A stretch of DNA of 64,000 nucleotides from Monocercomonoides exilis PA203 (GCA_001643675.2 LSRY02000001.1:2294001-2358000), one strand, 5' to 3'. Positions 25,389-39,500 are shown, numbered from the stretch's first letter. Numbers and translations: made by a program. Notes: generated by a model not told the origin, from the letters alone.

Positions 25389-26476
25389 TCACACCTTGAG
25401 CTTCATTTCTGATTATTTGCCTTGAATGTTTATTACTTCGGCTTGTTTGCTCTTCTGATCATTTGCTTATGAGACTTCTCAAACTATTCAAAGATTATCT
25501 GAAACCTTATATTCTTTTCATTTTCCATTGAACTATCAAAAAAACAAAAATAATAACAAAACGATTAACTATATTTAAAAAAACAACACATCCTATTGGC
25601 CAATGCAACTCAAAACCAAAGGTTCCTTTTTTTGCTTCTTTTAGAGATTTATCCTTTCGATATCTCTCCAAATTGAGAAGACAATTATGCAATGTGAAAA
25701 AACATCATTTGCCATGTACAGTTAGTGTCTTTTCATCATTTTCATATTTCTTATTCTCAATTTCATCAATCATCATCTTTTCAATTCTTCTTTTCAATAA
25801 ATATTCTTCGAGCCTATTCACTCATCCACTTTTCAACTCTTCCCAATATTTAACATTCCTTATCATTAAAATTGCACATATTTAAAGACAATTTCAATTC
25901 TTCAATCATTCTGTCAATTATATTGATATTTATGCTGTGAAAAGAGTTTTCAATCCATCATTGTCCATTTTTTCTATAAAGGGCTTCATTCCATCCATTT
26001 TCTGTTTCCATTCATTTAGAGTGTAATGCTTTGTTTAAAAAATATTGCAGAAACAATAAAAAATGATAACAACAAATATTTACATAATCTGGTTAGCACA
26101 ATCTAGCAATACAATGATTATTTGAACGCTTTCATGATGTCGATTGTTTTCTTCACCAGCACAGAACCCAAGTGAAAGTTATTTTCAAAGCATTCGCGAT
26201 TCAGACACTAATAAGAAGAATTTTGTGTTTAATCATAATCTACATAAATAAATATTAACTATTAATATGCAAACAATGAAGAACAACAATGTTGGAAAAT
26301 TTCATAAAGAATTATGAGAAAAAACAAAGTTTATGATCTCATCCATTATTTTTAATTTTGATCAAAATGCAAATGGATCTTGATAGAACAACATTCGCCA
26401 ATTAACAATAATTTTAATGTGACTTGAATAAGAGAATTAATTAATTATCGATTGTCATTTAGTTCAACTTGTCTGT
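25389..26476 (-). repeat. Right arm of 1088-bp inverted duplication
   Basis: Reverse complement of 21363-22450; mirrored end coordinates sum to 47839, so no net indel. Confidence 0.95.
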
Positions 26477-28241
26477 CAACCTGATGATATCCCACCATTC
26501 TTCCACGTTCTTTAAAAAAATCAATCAGAAAGCTTCATATAAATTATGTTAAAAATCATTACTGCAATTTCGCTCATCTTCCTCGACAATTGAATGTTTG
26601 TTGACTGCCTTTTACACGAAAGAAAAAATTTATTAAAATTGTATTCCTTATTATTTCTCCGCAAATAAATTTGCTCCGACATTGGTGTGCTCAACATTGC
26701 CTATTAATATAATTGCTGAGAAATGATGAAAGAGAACTTTTGGTTGCTATTTAATGATGGTTGTGCTTTCAGAGTGTTTCCTATCAATGACTTATCTTGC
26801 TCTTTATTACAATGCTCCAAGACTGAACACCAAAAATCAATCTCCCATTTGTTGACAATTTTTAAATGAACTTTTCTCAAACATTGGCTTGTAAAAGAAA
26901 TATTTAACATTTTTCATTTTAATGAAAAATTTCTTTCCGAAGAAACAAAACCTCAGAAGAATCAAAGCTTTGGTAAAATAAATAATTTCTTTAATTATCA
27001 CACTTTTAAAAAATTTTTTTTTTCATAATTAGTGTTAAACATTTGTGACTTTTCAAAATAATTAACTCTTTAAAAAACAAAGATTTATATCTATTTCGAA
27101 TTTTATTTTGTATCTTTTTCTTTTCCTGTTAATGAGTCCGGAGTTTAAGAAGAAAATAGCAGAAGAAAAACAATGAGTTTTGGGAAGCTGAGAAAACTCG
27201 CATTTACTGTTGCTGTTCATGTCAAACAAAATAAACATCTTTGCAGCTGTGAAGTTGTTTCCATTTCATCATCAATTTCATTTTCATAAACTTTCAAGCT
27301 AAATATCACTCTGTTCTCTGAAAGAAATAATGTTTTTTCCTTTATATTATCTTTATTTGAATTAATTATCAGATGGCAATAACAGTGCAGGTGGAGGAGC
27401 GAACGGATAACATTCAGCTTTCACAGATGCCAATAATCATTGTGTGATCTTTTCTTTTGGGATTCTTGTTGATAATTGGAATGTCGTTTGAAAAAAGATG
27501 TTGAAAATGTTTTCGCTAAAGTTTCAGTTGTTTCATTCATATTTGGTGTGATTTTTCCTACTAATCCGTTTTGTCTTTTCGTGATCATCAGTATCATAAT
27601 TTGTGGAATTTCTCTCTTCTTCTTTTTAATCATAGGGTCATATTTTTATCATTACCCCGTTTTTTATTAGATCCTGAATTTTTTTTCTTATATTGCTTCA
27701 AATAGAAGCTTTCATTCGATAAGAATAATTTAAAAACAAATAACATTTTATTATAAGATTGTACTCCAAATATTTTTGAAAATTATTTCTTAAAAAGAAA
27801 GATCTGAATTTTTTAAGTTTTATTTTTTGATCAATGTTTTGCTCGTGTTTCCACGAGTTTTTGAAATCAAGTGTTTTCCTTGTTGGCATTGTTTTTATAC
27901 ATTTCTTTTTAACATTTTTGGTTATTTTTTAACTTGAGTAACTCTTTTTTTTCAACAGTTTTCACGTCTCACATTTTTTTCGTAAAACGATTATATCAAC
28001 AAAAGAAGTAATTATTTACAAAATTGCTTGTGTTTGAATTATAAAATATTTTGTGTAATACTATAGGCAAAGCCTTCATAAATAATTTTTTGTGTACAAA
28101 AAGGAAAACGTGAAAAACAAAATGTCAACTTTTTCATTTTTTGACTGAAAAACTTTTTAGTTTTATTTCTCACCACTTTTATTATTTGCAACACTAATTT
28201 ATTTATATAACACGTTAAATAATTTTAAAAAATAACAATAT

Positions 28242-28506
28242 GGGACAATATATTTTCCTTCAGGCATTTTCATTGAAAAATAATGCACCTCTGAAGATTT
28301 TTTTGTAATCAAAAAATATGAATTAAATGGGTTCATTTTTCGAAATATTATTGAGATCACAAAACTTATTGTTGTTATATCTTTGGTATCTTTTCGCATA
28401 AATAAAAATCCAATTCATTTTGAAATCTGAGAAAGAATAGCAATTTAATTGAAACAATTTTTTCTTGCTTTGTGCATAAAAAGTTTGAAAGTCTGGATTT
28501 TCCCCC
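28242..28506 (-). mobile_element. MITE family B copy (left palindrome arm)
   Basis: GGGACAATAT...GGATTTTCCCCC flanked by ATAT/ATAT. Confidence 0.85.
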
Positions 28507-28510
28507 ATAT

Positions 28511-28765
28511 GGGTGATTATTTTTGAAATCATAACTTTTTTCGGAGTGAAGTTTTTTAAAAGGTTGTTTGTCATCGGGAAGAGATTTCGTATTCAAATGC
28601 AAAATACAGGACGACTGTTTTATAAACAAATGTATTTTCAGAAATTAAGATGAAGATATCTTCAATGAACCATTTCATTTTTCAGTGTTCATTTATAAAT
28701 GTTAGAGGGAATTTATTATTCCCAAATTTTTGAATGAAAAAATATGATTTCAAAAATAATCACCC
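28511..28765. mobile_element. MITE family A copy at the palindrome centre
   Basis: Perfect 23-bp TIR GGGTGATTATTTTTGAAATCATA, flanked by ATAT/ATAT, 255 bp. Confidence 0.9.
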
Positions 28766-28769
28766 ATAT

Positions 28770-29034
28770 GGGGGAAAATCCAGACTTTCAAACTTTTTAT
28801 GCACAAAGCAAGAAAAAATTGTTTCAATTAAATTGCTATTCTTTCTCAGATTTCAAAATGAATTGGATTTTTATTTATGCGAAAAGATACCAAAGATATA
28901 ACAACAATAAGTTTTGTGATCTCAATAATATTTCGAAAAATGAACCCATTTAATTCATATTTTTTGATTACAAAAAAATCTTCAGAGGTGCATTATTTTT
29001 CAATGAAAATGCCTGAAGGAAAATATATTGTCCC
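28770..29034 (+). mobile_element. MITE family B copy (right palindrome arm)
   Basis: Mirror of 28242-28506. Confidence 0.85.
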
Positions 29035-30391
29035 ATATTGTTATTTTTTAAAATTATTTAACGTGTTATATAAATAAATTAGTGTTGCAAATAATAAAAG
29101 TGGTGAGAAATAAAACTAAAAAGTTTTTCAGTCAAAAAATGAAAAAGTTGACATTTTGTTTTTCACGTTTTCCTTTTTGTACACAAAAAATTATTTATGA
29201 AGGCTTTGCCTATAGTATTACACAAAATATTTTATAATTCAAACACAAGCAATTTTGTAAATAATTACTTCTTTTGTTGATATAATCGTTTTACGAAAAA
29301 AATGTGAGACGTGAAAACTGTTGAAAAAAAAGAGTTACTCAAGTTAAAAAATAACCAAAAATGTTAAAAAGAAATGTATAAAAACAATGCCAACAAGGAA
29401 AACACTTGATTTCAAAAACTCGTGGAAACACGAGCAAAACATTGATCAAAAAATAAAACTTAAAAAATTCAGATCTTTCTTTTTAAGAAATAATTTTCAA
29501 AAATATTTGGAGTACAATCTTATAATAAAATGTTATTTGTTTTTAAATTATTCTTATCGAATGAAAGCTTCTATTTGAAGCAATATAAGAAAAAAAATTC
29601 AGGATCTAATAAAAAACGGGGTAATGATACAAATATGAACTAATTTCATTTACTCATCTTCTTCATTCCTCCTCTTCGTTGTATCGCTCCTGTGCCACAT
29701 GGAAATTGGGTGTGTCTCTGTGATCAGGTGTTCTTCTTATTCTGCTGCAAGAACTTCTTGTCCCATTCCATGCATCCGATTTTCTTCTTCATTCTTCTTC
29801 TTCAAATCACTTGAAATCTTCATCTTCTCTCATCTCCTCATCATCAATTATCCTTCCAATTCTTTTTCATTTTTGCGATATTTTGGTTAATAATTCATCA
29901 TTAATCTTGCTTTTGAACATATTTTCAAATTTAATAATTGCAACAGAAATTCAAATGGGATTAACACTTTTTTGGAGATTTCAAAAATGAATTCTGAGAC
30001 TGACTGTCTTCATTCCAATGATGTGTATATTTGAAATTATTGAAGTTTTTCTTTTTTTAAAATTGAAATGAATTAATAATTAATATTTTGAAGATAATGA
30101 CAACGAAAGGATTTAATTTCAATTTGTTAATAGCAATTTCATATATCATTCAAATTGATTTTGAGAAAAAGATTGTTCAAATTGAATTTTTTGAATGAAC
30201 CATTACTGCTGCACAAAAAGCCCTGTTTGTCGAAAACGAAGTATCAAGTGATACTTTCCCGAAAGAAAGGTTGCAAAAGTTTGAATAAAAAACATTTGGG
30301 AAATTCACTTTCATTTTTTTTGTTGGCTGTTTTTGTGAATTCTCTACACATTGAAAAAACAACAAACGCGAATCGTGGAACTTAAAGCTGG

Positions 30392-31774
30392 ATGCAACAC
30401 AGCAAATTGAACAAAACAAGAACAGGCAACAACCAGATGCTTCGTATGCAAAATATCAAGGATGATGTTGATTAATATTTCGAAATTTTTGTTTTGAAGA
30501 AATGGTTGACAATCTGAAGAATTGCTCTTGTTCTTCTGAATAGAGACAAAAAATGTGTGAGTTGAAGAATTTCATTGAGGGGATGGGTGTGAAGGAATTG
30601 GGATGTGTGTTTGCAGGAAAAGTGTTTGAGAAGATCTTCGAGATGGTGAAAGGGGAGAAATTGGTGCTGGAAGATGGAATTATGCTGTTGAAGCATGTTG
30701 GATATTACAAGGCTTTATCAGACATTCACACTGACAACGATGGTGAATCTTCATTTCGCAAAAGGTTTGAAAGGAGGGTGATGAACGAAGAATGGAAACA
30801 AGGACAAAAGAAGGAGAAGATGCTGAATGATGTTTGTGAATGCTATGCCTTGTCATATGAACAGTTTGTGACATTCAACTTTTCATCGGTTTGTGTTCCT
30901 CGTCTTCTGGGAGTTGCATCAAGCAAAGGAGACAGCCAGGATGCACAAAATGAAGTGGAAACTGCTTTGTTGGCTTTGAGCCACATCTGAGAGGATGAAG
31001 TCTGAAAATATTTCTTCTTCTTTTTTTTTCGAAAATTTATGTTGCTTTTTTTTCTCACCATTTATTTGTCAGCATGTGGAAGAAGATGTGTTCATGAACA
31101 GCATTGTCAGTGTGATTGTCCATCATCAGCAGAATCGCAACCTCACGCAGCTTGCCTACCAATCAGCATGGCAATTTTTCATGAAGAGAATGCACACAAA
31201 TGCACAAATGGAAAGTGCCATGTCAATGCATTTTGGTTTTGTGGAAGAGGCGAGGAGGGAATTGGAAGAGCTGGAGAAGCGAGCGGATTGGCAGAGAAAG
31301 GAAAGGAGGGTGAAAGAGCTGAAAGACATTCACACGATTCTGAGATGGCTGAAAACACTCAACAAGCATTTTGTGAACCATCAGCCATCGAGAGAGAGAA
31401 ACACAAGATTGGCAGCAGTGGCTGTTGGGATTTGCAGAAAGGCGAGGGCTTGTTTTGGGGAACTGTCTTTGGAATGCCTGGTGCTGCTTGAGCAAATGAA
31501 TGAGTCAGCATCGCTGAGTGTTTCAGATTTTGTGGCAATCGAAGCAGTTGATGTGTTTTAGGAGGAGATCACCCAATCGGTGATTCACACAGAATTCTTG
31601 AGTTGCTGCCTGGACTTCGTGCTTTTGGTGCTTGTCAGATTGAGAGAGAAGGATGATAAATCGATGAAACAACAAGTTTTGGAGAAGTTGGAAAGAGAAG
31701 GATTGGAGGATTTGGTGAACAGCTTCCTCAAAACTGCTCATTGTGAAAAGGTCAAATTGACCTTATTTCATTAA
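30392..31774 (+). pseudogene. AYQSAW-family helical protein pseudogene
   Basis: Same two-intron layout (30444-30499, 31000-31072), motifs DVCECY, EVETALLALS, NLTQLAYQSAW. In-frame stops TAG 30541, TGA 30988, TAG 31559. Confidence 0.85.
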
Positions 31775-32294
31775 TTGGATAGATTCTTCTGAATTCGTTT
31801 TATTTGTGATTATTTGTTTCTTTTTCAAAAAATAAAATTCAGGTTTTATATCAATGAGAAAAGAAATTCAGTTTATTTATCATTTATTTTCACTCTTTTT
31901 TCAAATGACATTGAAACTTTGATTGTTTTTTTTTCATTCATTTCACAAACGAGAATAAAATGGATGAGTTTCGCAGACCAATGCTCCAGTGAGAATTTCA
32001 AATTTCCAGATTCTTTTGCAAAATGAAAAATGATATTTTGTGATTGAGAATTGAAAACATAAAAAAGAAAGTTCAGGTTGTTTTGAATTCCCATTTGACC
32101 TTCACTTTCAGGAAAAACATTGGATAAAAATCATCGTCAAAGACTTTTTCGCTTTTGGATCTTCTTTATTGCTTTCAGAATTGGATAGATGATATAAAAA
32201 GGATGATTGTCATTCATCAATGAACAGAAGAAACAAGTGAAGCGAATGAAGAGTTGGAATGCAATGATAAGATTGATGGCTGGGGAAAGAAAAG

Positions 32295-32904
32295 GGTAAT
32301 TGCACAATATACGACCGTTTATAAAAATCTGTGTGGATGATTTTAACATTGTTGTTAACTGTTTCGTTAAGTTATTATGTCTTTATTTTATGCGGAAACA
32401 TTTATTTTCAAATGAATCAAATTGTTATTTCCCTGTAAATTGGTATTGATCAAATATTTTTTTACATCAATTATATTCAACGACAATCAAAATAAACAGA
32501 TTAATAATTTAAATTCTACTAGAATGCACTCAAATATGCTTTGAACATATTCAATTTAATTTGTCCCCAATTTGAATAGAGCATTTTTTGATCAATGATA
32601 AATAATTTTTATATTTAATAAAATTGAGCAATTTATGCAACAGAATTTCACCCTAACAAGTTGATTTTGGATAAAACCCTAACAATATAATAGCGATAAA
32701 AAAAGCTAACAAATAAATACCCGAAAAAAATCATTGGTTTCAATCAAAATTGAAAAAGATTTTTGAATTTTACGAAAATTGTAAATAACATATTTCACAG
32801 TTTCCGCACACAATAGGCAGAAAAAAACTTATGTGCACAATGTGGAATCATGATAGCTGTGATATATGACAATTTTGTGACCGGTCGTATCTTGTGCATT
32901 AACC
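32295..32904 (+). mobile_element. Merlin-type non-autonomous element
   Basis: TIR GGTAATTGCACAATATACGACCG / CGGTCGTATCTTGTGCATTAACC, perfect 8-bp TSD AAGAAAAG. Homologous to 46185-47053. Confidence 0.92.
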
Positions 32905-33517
32905 AAGAAAAGAATGGAAAAAATTGGGGCAGAGGTGGATGAATGGTGGAAGATGGAAGAGGCAGAAAGAAATAGTGAATGAATAATTGATTCAACAAAA
33001 CCAACAAGATGCTCATCAAAAATTCTCTTTTTCAATTTTCATAAAGCAAAGGAGCAGAATTTGAACAAATATCCTTCACTAAATGTCACGAAGAGGTGAA
33101 TCATATTGCAAAATGAAACGATTAGATCAAATTAAAAAGTTTTGAAGTTTTCTTTAATTTTGCAACAATTCAAAATTATCAAATCATGAATTGGAATTAA
33201 TGGTAAAGAAGAGAATTGATATATTTTTTATTCAACCAATTCCACAATTTGATGCACATTTTTATATTTTGCATTCACGTTTCTCATTATTCAACAAAAA
33301 AAAAAAAAAACTTAAAAGATATTTTGAATGAAGATTCAAGGAATTCTTTGTAAAAGAGAAAATTAATTACGAAGTGTTATCTCGAATATGTTCCAAATAT
33401 TATTGAAAGCATGTTAATTGACTTATTTCTATTTTCTATTAAGTTAAACATAAAAATTTTGTAATGATCATTCTCATTATATTTTATTTTTCAAATCAAA
33501 ACTGAATTTATTTCCGT

Positions 33518-36500
33518 ATGAGGGTGCATTTGTTCCTTTTAGCATGTCTGACTCTAGCAGAGACATTTAAATCCCAAGTCGTCTGTGGAACAGCCACATT
33601 AAAAAACCAAGGTATTTTTTCAATTATAACTTTTAAATATAACTGTATTTATTTCGGTCAAGGCAACTCAAATGACGCACTGTTTTTCACAAATGGCAAT
33701 AATAATTATTTATATGAACATGGAAAAGCATCAGGAATGAACAGATGGAAGGCAGGAACATGCACAGCGATTTATTCATTTTTGTGCTTTTCCAATTCTT
33801 CAGTTGGACTGAAAAATGTGGCAGTGGAATATTCTGCCTCGCCATTTATTCTAATTACAGATAAATCAGGTTTGATGTTGGATACCTGCATTTCCCACCA
33901 AAAGTCGGAATCTCCGTTTCTTTTGAATATCGGGTCAATCTGCTTCACAAACATGACTTTGATCCCCCAAAAGAGTCTTAACCCTTCCAGTCTCATATTT
34001 TCATCTGATGATACAAATGTTGCTATTTTGGGCAATTCCATCATGACAGACCTGACTGTTTCATCTTCAGGCTATTTTCTTGTTTCAGGAAAGAGCAAAA
34101 GCGAACAGATTGATAATTGTGCCTTCAGGAACATGTCTGTGAAATATACCACGAATAGCGATCATTTTGTGGAACATTCATGTTTTCGAAGTTCAATGGA
34201 GAAATGTCTTATTTATTCGTGTGTGAATGCCTTTGAAGGAGGGATTTCGAGTGGATCTTATTCTTCACAGGAATTTGTCTGCAAAAACACAACAATAAAC
34301 TTCGGGAAAAGAGAAGCAAATTCCCTTCAGAAAAAAGGACAAATTAATTCAACGGAAAGCCAATCCTTTTCTTTATGCGAATGGACTGATTGCACATCCC
34401 CACAAGGAGGAGCGCTTTATGTGCATGACAATGCAAGTGCCATTCTCACAGTTGAGAATTCTTCATTCACAAGATGCAATGCTTCTTCAACAAGAGGTGG
34501 AGGAATATATGCTTTGAAAATTGCTGAATGCATTGTGCTTCATTCAACATTTGTCCAGTGCTTTGCAGCAGGAAAAACAAATTATGGTGGAGGAGGAATT
34601 CAATTCGAACATGTAAACGTACAATCAATGGTTGATGATTGCTCTTTTCACAGCTGTTTTGCTGAAGATGAAGGCGGGGCAATAAACCTACGACCAACAA
34701 AAACTCAAAAACAAAAACGTTGCATTATAAATTCTGTATTTTTGTTTTGCCATTCAACACTTGATTGTGGAGGCGCTATTATGCATTGGAACTGCACTGA
34801 TCAAGTAGTAATTTCAAATTGTTTATTTTATCATTGCTCTTCGTTTTATGCAGGTGCAGTTTGCTTGTTGCTGAATACAAATAATAATGGTATTTTGTTT
34901 TATTACTGTTTCTTTCATAACAATACTTGTAATGAAGGTGGACGTGATATTATTCTTCATGGTTCAACATCTAATAATATTGATCCAACTTGCTATTCAA
35001 CCAGGCAATCAGCAAACAGAGTTAGTACAAATTGGAATCAGACTTCAGACAGAAGCGAATGGCTTCGTAATGATTTTAGAAATGTGAGATTTGTCTCATC
35101 AACTGATTCGCAACCAAAAGGCATTGACACATATGCATGTGGAATTTATGAATCTTATCCATGCCGCACCATCAGTCGTTGCCTTTCACAACTCATTCCA
35201 GACTTGGTTCCCAATGTGGAAGTATTTTCAGGAACGATAATCGAAACAAATAGTTTTGATTGTGGAGCAGACAGTTTCACTGTTTATGGCCAAAGTAACA
35301 TGAGCACAGCAATCCAAACAGAATTTGAAGCATCTGGGCTGTCTCTATTTTCAGTCTCGACAGGCACATTGACTGCCAGAGACTTTGTTGTTGTGCATGA
35401 CTCGGCTCATCCGAGTAACCGTGGGTCAAGGCTGTTTGAGATTAATGGAGCAGGAGGAATGAGGATCAGCAGACTGAACATATCTTTTGGGAGCGGACAA
35501 TCAACAGAAACAGCATTTTCGACAGAACTGATCAATGTCCAGAATGGGATGTTTCAGATGGAACATGTGAACTGGGCAAAGACGATTTCCACAAATTCAT
35601 TATTTTCGCTTTCTTCGACAAATGAGATTTCATTGACACTTTCAGAGTGTGGCTTTGATGGGATTGAGAGAGCAACGAGCGGAGCAGCAGTGATATCGTT
35701 TTCGAATGACAAGGCCAACATTGATGTGAATTGTTGCACTTTTGAAGGATGTGGAAGCACAACATCAACTGATGGGGGATCGATGATGCTGTGTGTTGGG
35801 AATGAGAATGAAGTGAAAGTGAAAGGCGGATCTTTTGATGGGTGCTATTGCTCTGCAACATATGGATTTGGAGGAGGAATCCTTCTTCGATTGTTGAATG
35901 AAAATCCCAATTTCCAGATTTCTTCTTCATTCGGAACAAACACGGCCAAATGGGGGAATGATATCTTTGTCATTTCACCCAATCTGGAAGAAACTGCAAA
36001 ATCAGAAAACATCAGATGTGTGACAGATTCATTGGATTCTGTTGAGAAGGTGAGAGGATATGACAACGGAAACACGAGTGTGGCCATTCCTCTGTGCATC
36101 TATCTCCTTCCCACCCCAGAAGAAATATATGTGAGCAATTCTGAGGCATCCAATCACTCACACTGTGGAATTGTCCAATTCCCTTGCTTGACAATGAAGC
36201 ACTCCCTCACAAGACAAACAGAAACAAAGAAAGTCATCGTAAATGGAATGGTTGAGATGAGCGATGAATTGGACTTTGCTGGAAAGAAACATGAAATCCG
36301 AGGAAATGATGATGAAAGTGGTTGGACAGTCTCTGATTCAAGTTCAACATCCAATTCATCGATGATAACAATAAATGTTGAAACAGAATTATCAAAACTC
36401 ATCTTCTCTCTTCCATCTTCCCTTCCTCTTCATTCCACTTTCATTTCTTTTTCATCATCATCAATAACTCTGTCTCAATGTTCGCTTTCTCTTCAAAATC

Positions 36501-39500
36501 CATCATCAGAATTGACAATTCTGTTCTTGTCTGTTGAGTCAGGGATCCTGATAATCGACAAATTCTCAGCTTCATCAATTGATTTGAGGAGAAATCCATT
36601 GATCTGGTTGAGAGGAAGCAGCACAAATACCGAGTTGATGAGCACTCTGTGGTTGAACATGACGAACAGCAATTTCACAAAAATCAAAAGAGCTACTGGA
36701 TGTGGAGGGTGTGTGAGCATTGGCAACAGCGATGATGAAAATACAAACACACAAATAAATATTGAAGAATGTTCATTTGATGGATGTTCTGTGGTGGATG
36801 ATGAAAGCAGAGGAGGGGCTATCAATGCTCAGTTGAAAGGGAGCATTCAAATGAATGTTGTTTCTTGCGCATTCACAGGATGCACAGCACCAGCAGAAGA
36901 ACGGAAGATTGGGTTTGGGGGAGGGATGGCACTGAAGCTGATTGATGAGTATTCTTCATTTGTGATCTCATCCCCTGTTTTTGAGGCAGACAAACCTAAT
37001 GCTGCGAAATATGGAAATGACCTGTTTGTTGAATCGCCAAACTTGACAAAGAGCATCACAAACACCTCTCTTCCATTTGTGAATGAGCATCTTTCTGATA
37101 TTTCGTTGGATTCTATGAGAGGCTTTGATGGGAGTGACACAACGAATGCCATTCCACTGGTGTATTTCTGGCGCACACTTGGCTCAGAGATATTTATTGG
37201 GAGCGAAGGTTGCGATGTGTGTGTGTGTGGATTCTCAGATTATCCGTGTCTGTCGATGGATCATTCGTTGAGAAGACTGCGAGAAGGAAATGAAAGGAAT
37301 GTCAGCATCATTGGAAAAGGGTATCTTCAGAAGAGTGTTGATGTGAGTGGAATCTCAATAAAATCGGATGAGAGCAGCATGTGCTCTTTGGAATGTGTCT
37401 CATCGCTTGAGGGAGCAGAAGGAGCAGCAATGAAGATTTGTGGCATCACCAATTTCGAGCTGATGAAGTTTGTGATTCCATCTTCATTTGCAAGTGGAGT
37501 GAATGTTTTGATGCATGTTGGCTCAAGCGAGGGATTGTTGACTGTGAAAGACTGCACATTCACCAAAAAAGGAGATGAGAGAGAAGAATTGACGGATTAT
37601 GGGCTGATCAAGGCAGAAGGAGGGACAGTTGTGCTGGAATTGGTGACGATGCAATTGTTGAGCTTTTCGCAGGATGTTATTTCTGTGCTTTTGACAACAA
37701 CGGTGCTGAATGCGAAAAACCTGACGATGAAGAATATTGAGCTTGAAGGAGCAAGTGGATTGAGGATATCAAAGGGATCAGCTGGAGAGAAGAGAGGGAG
37801 CAATGATGGAGAACAAAACATCGTTATTGAGTGGAGTTTGTTTGAAGAAGTCACCCAGAACAAGACAGAAAAGATTCCCGTCATTCGAAATGAGAATGAT
37901 GCGCCATTGAAAATGGTGATTGGGAATACAACGATGAAGAGATGTGGAGGGTTGAAGTGTGGAAAGGGAGGAGGGATGTTTTGTGAGTTGAATGAGGGAG
38001 GAAAGTTTGAGTGCTCATTTTGCAAGATTTCTGAGTGTTTCTGCTCGACTGCAGGAAGAGGTGGGTGGCTGTTTCTGGAATGCACCTCGACAGCTGAGAA
38101 GCCTCTGAATTTTGTGTTATCCAATATCACATTCCGAGACAACACCGCATTCAGAGGGAGAGATGTGTATATTCGATGCCATTCAGTTGAAACACAAATT
38201 GTTGATGACCAATTCCTTTTGGATTTCAGAGCGCCGTTTGTGAAGGAACTGGCAATGTGGGGATGCACAACAGACTCGTTTGTGGGGGAAGAGGATCTTC
38301 TGCTGAGGGTTATGAGATACCAGAGCGAGACGATATTTGTTTCTTCTGTTTCTGAAAATGCAGCAGATAACAAGCAATGTGGAGAGTTCAATACTCCTTG
38401 CCACTCACTGAGCTTTGGAGTGCAGCACATCATTCCATCTCTGTACTCACAGATGCTGATCTTGGGGCAAACGGAAATTGTTGGGGAGTGTGATGTTCTT
38501 GATGTGACCATCCGCTCATTGCAATCTCCCTCAGCCGCATTGGTGTATTTGAACTCAACAATAACCAATGAGGGAAGTCTGATCACAACATCAGAGAATG
38601 TTCGGATTGAGAGATTGAAATTCAATTTTGGTCAGTCATTTTCATATTCGGGGTGTTCAATCATTCAAGAAGCAAATGGTCAGCTTTCTCTTTCATTTGT
38701 TGATTTTTCTTCAGTTGGCAAATCAGAAAGCATCGAATTAGTTGGTCTCAATTCAACATTGTTGAACATCGAAAATGGAATTCTTCATGTTGACAACTGC
38801 TCAATATCAATGCTTTCATTCAAGAAGCCTTCATTTCTGTTAAATGGTGATGAGATAAATTTTACAAATGTGAAACTGGAACAGATTGAATCAATAACAA
38901 ATGTATTTGAGATTGGACAATGTGGGAGTGTTGTATTTAATGGAGTATCTTCAGATGGAGTGAAATTGCCTGAAGGTTGCATCATTGCGATAAACGATTT
39001 GTCTTCGAGTTCAATTTCAATTGGAATCTCCTCATTCAACAACTGTTCGAGAAATTCAGAAGGAGCTTCTGTTCTCACTGCTTCTTCAACTCCAGCTCAA
39101 ATAAATCTTTTCAATTGCTCTTGCTCAGATTGCAATTCTCTGTCAAGCAAAGGAAGCATTGTGGAGATAAGCAATACAAAGGATGTTTCGATGGATTTGT
39201 GTCAATTTGAAGGAATTCTTTCAAAAGAAAGTGAAAGTGAAAGAATAAATTCTTTTGAAGAAATATGTGAGTGGAATGGATCACTTGTTCATTCAACTAA
39301 TTCTTCATTTGCGATGAAGGATGTGACAATTTTTTATGCTTCTTCGGGGGGATTATCCGTATCGAGCGGGAATGTGAAGATTGAAGCAGGGAACTTCAGC
39401 AATAACAACCCCTCTGTTGAAAAATATCCGTCATTGAGAAGAAATATAATCTGTTCAGATTCAGCATCATTGACCATTTCCAGCTTGAAAGGTGGAGATG

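Larger units (their letters stand above)
27638..29638. repeat. 2-kb palindrome: ~896-bp arms, 209-bp spacer
   Basis: 27638-28533 mirrors 28743-29638 (coordinate sum 57276). Identical mirrored ORFs; one mismatch seen near the outer end. Confidence 0.97.

Noticed and set aside
37597-38625. 342-aa and other antisense ORFs within 33518-41302 and 55004-56611
   Set aside because: Shadow frames of the sense genes, with no independent motifs.
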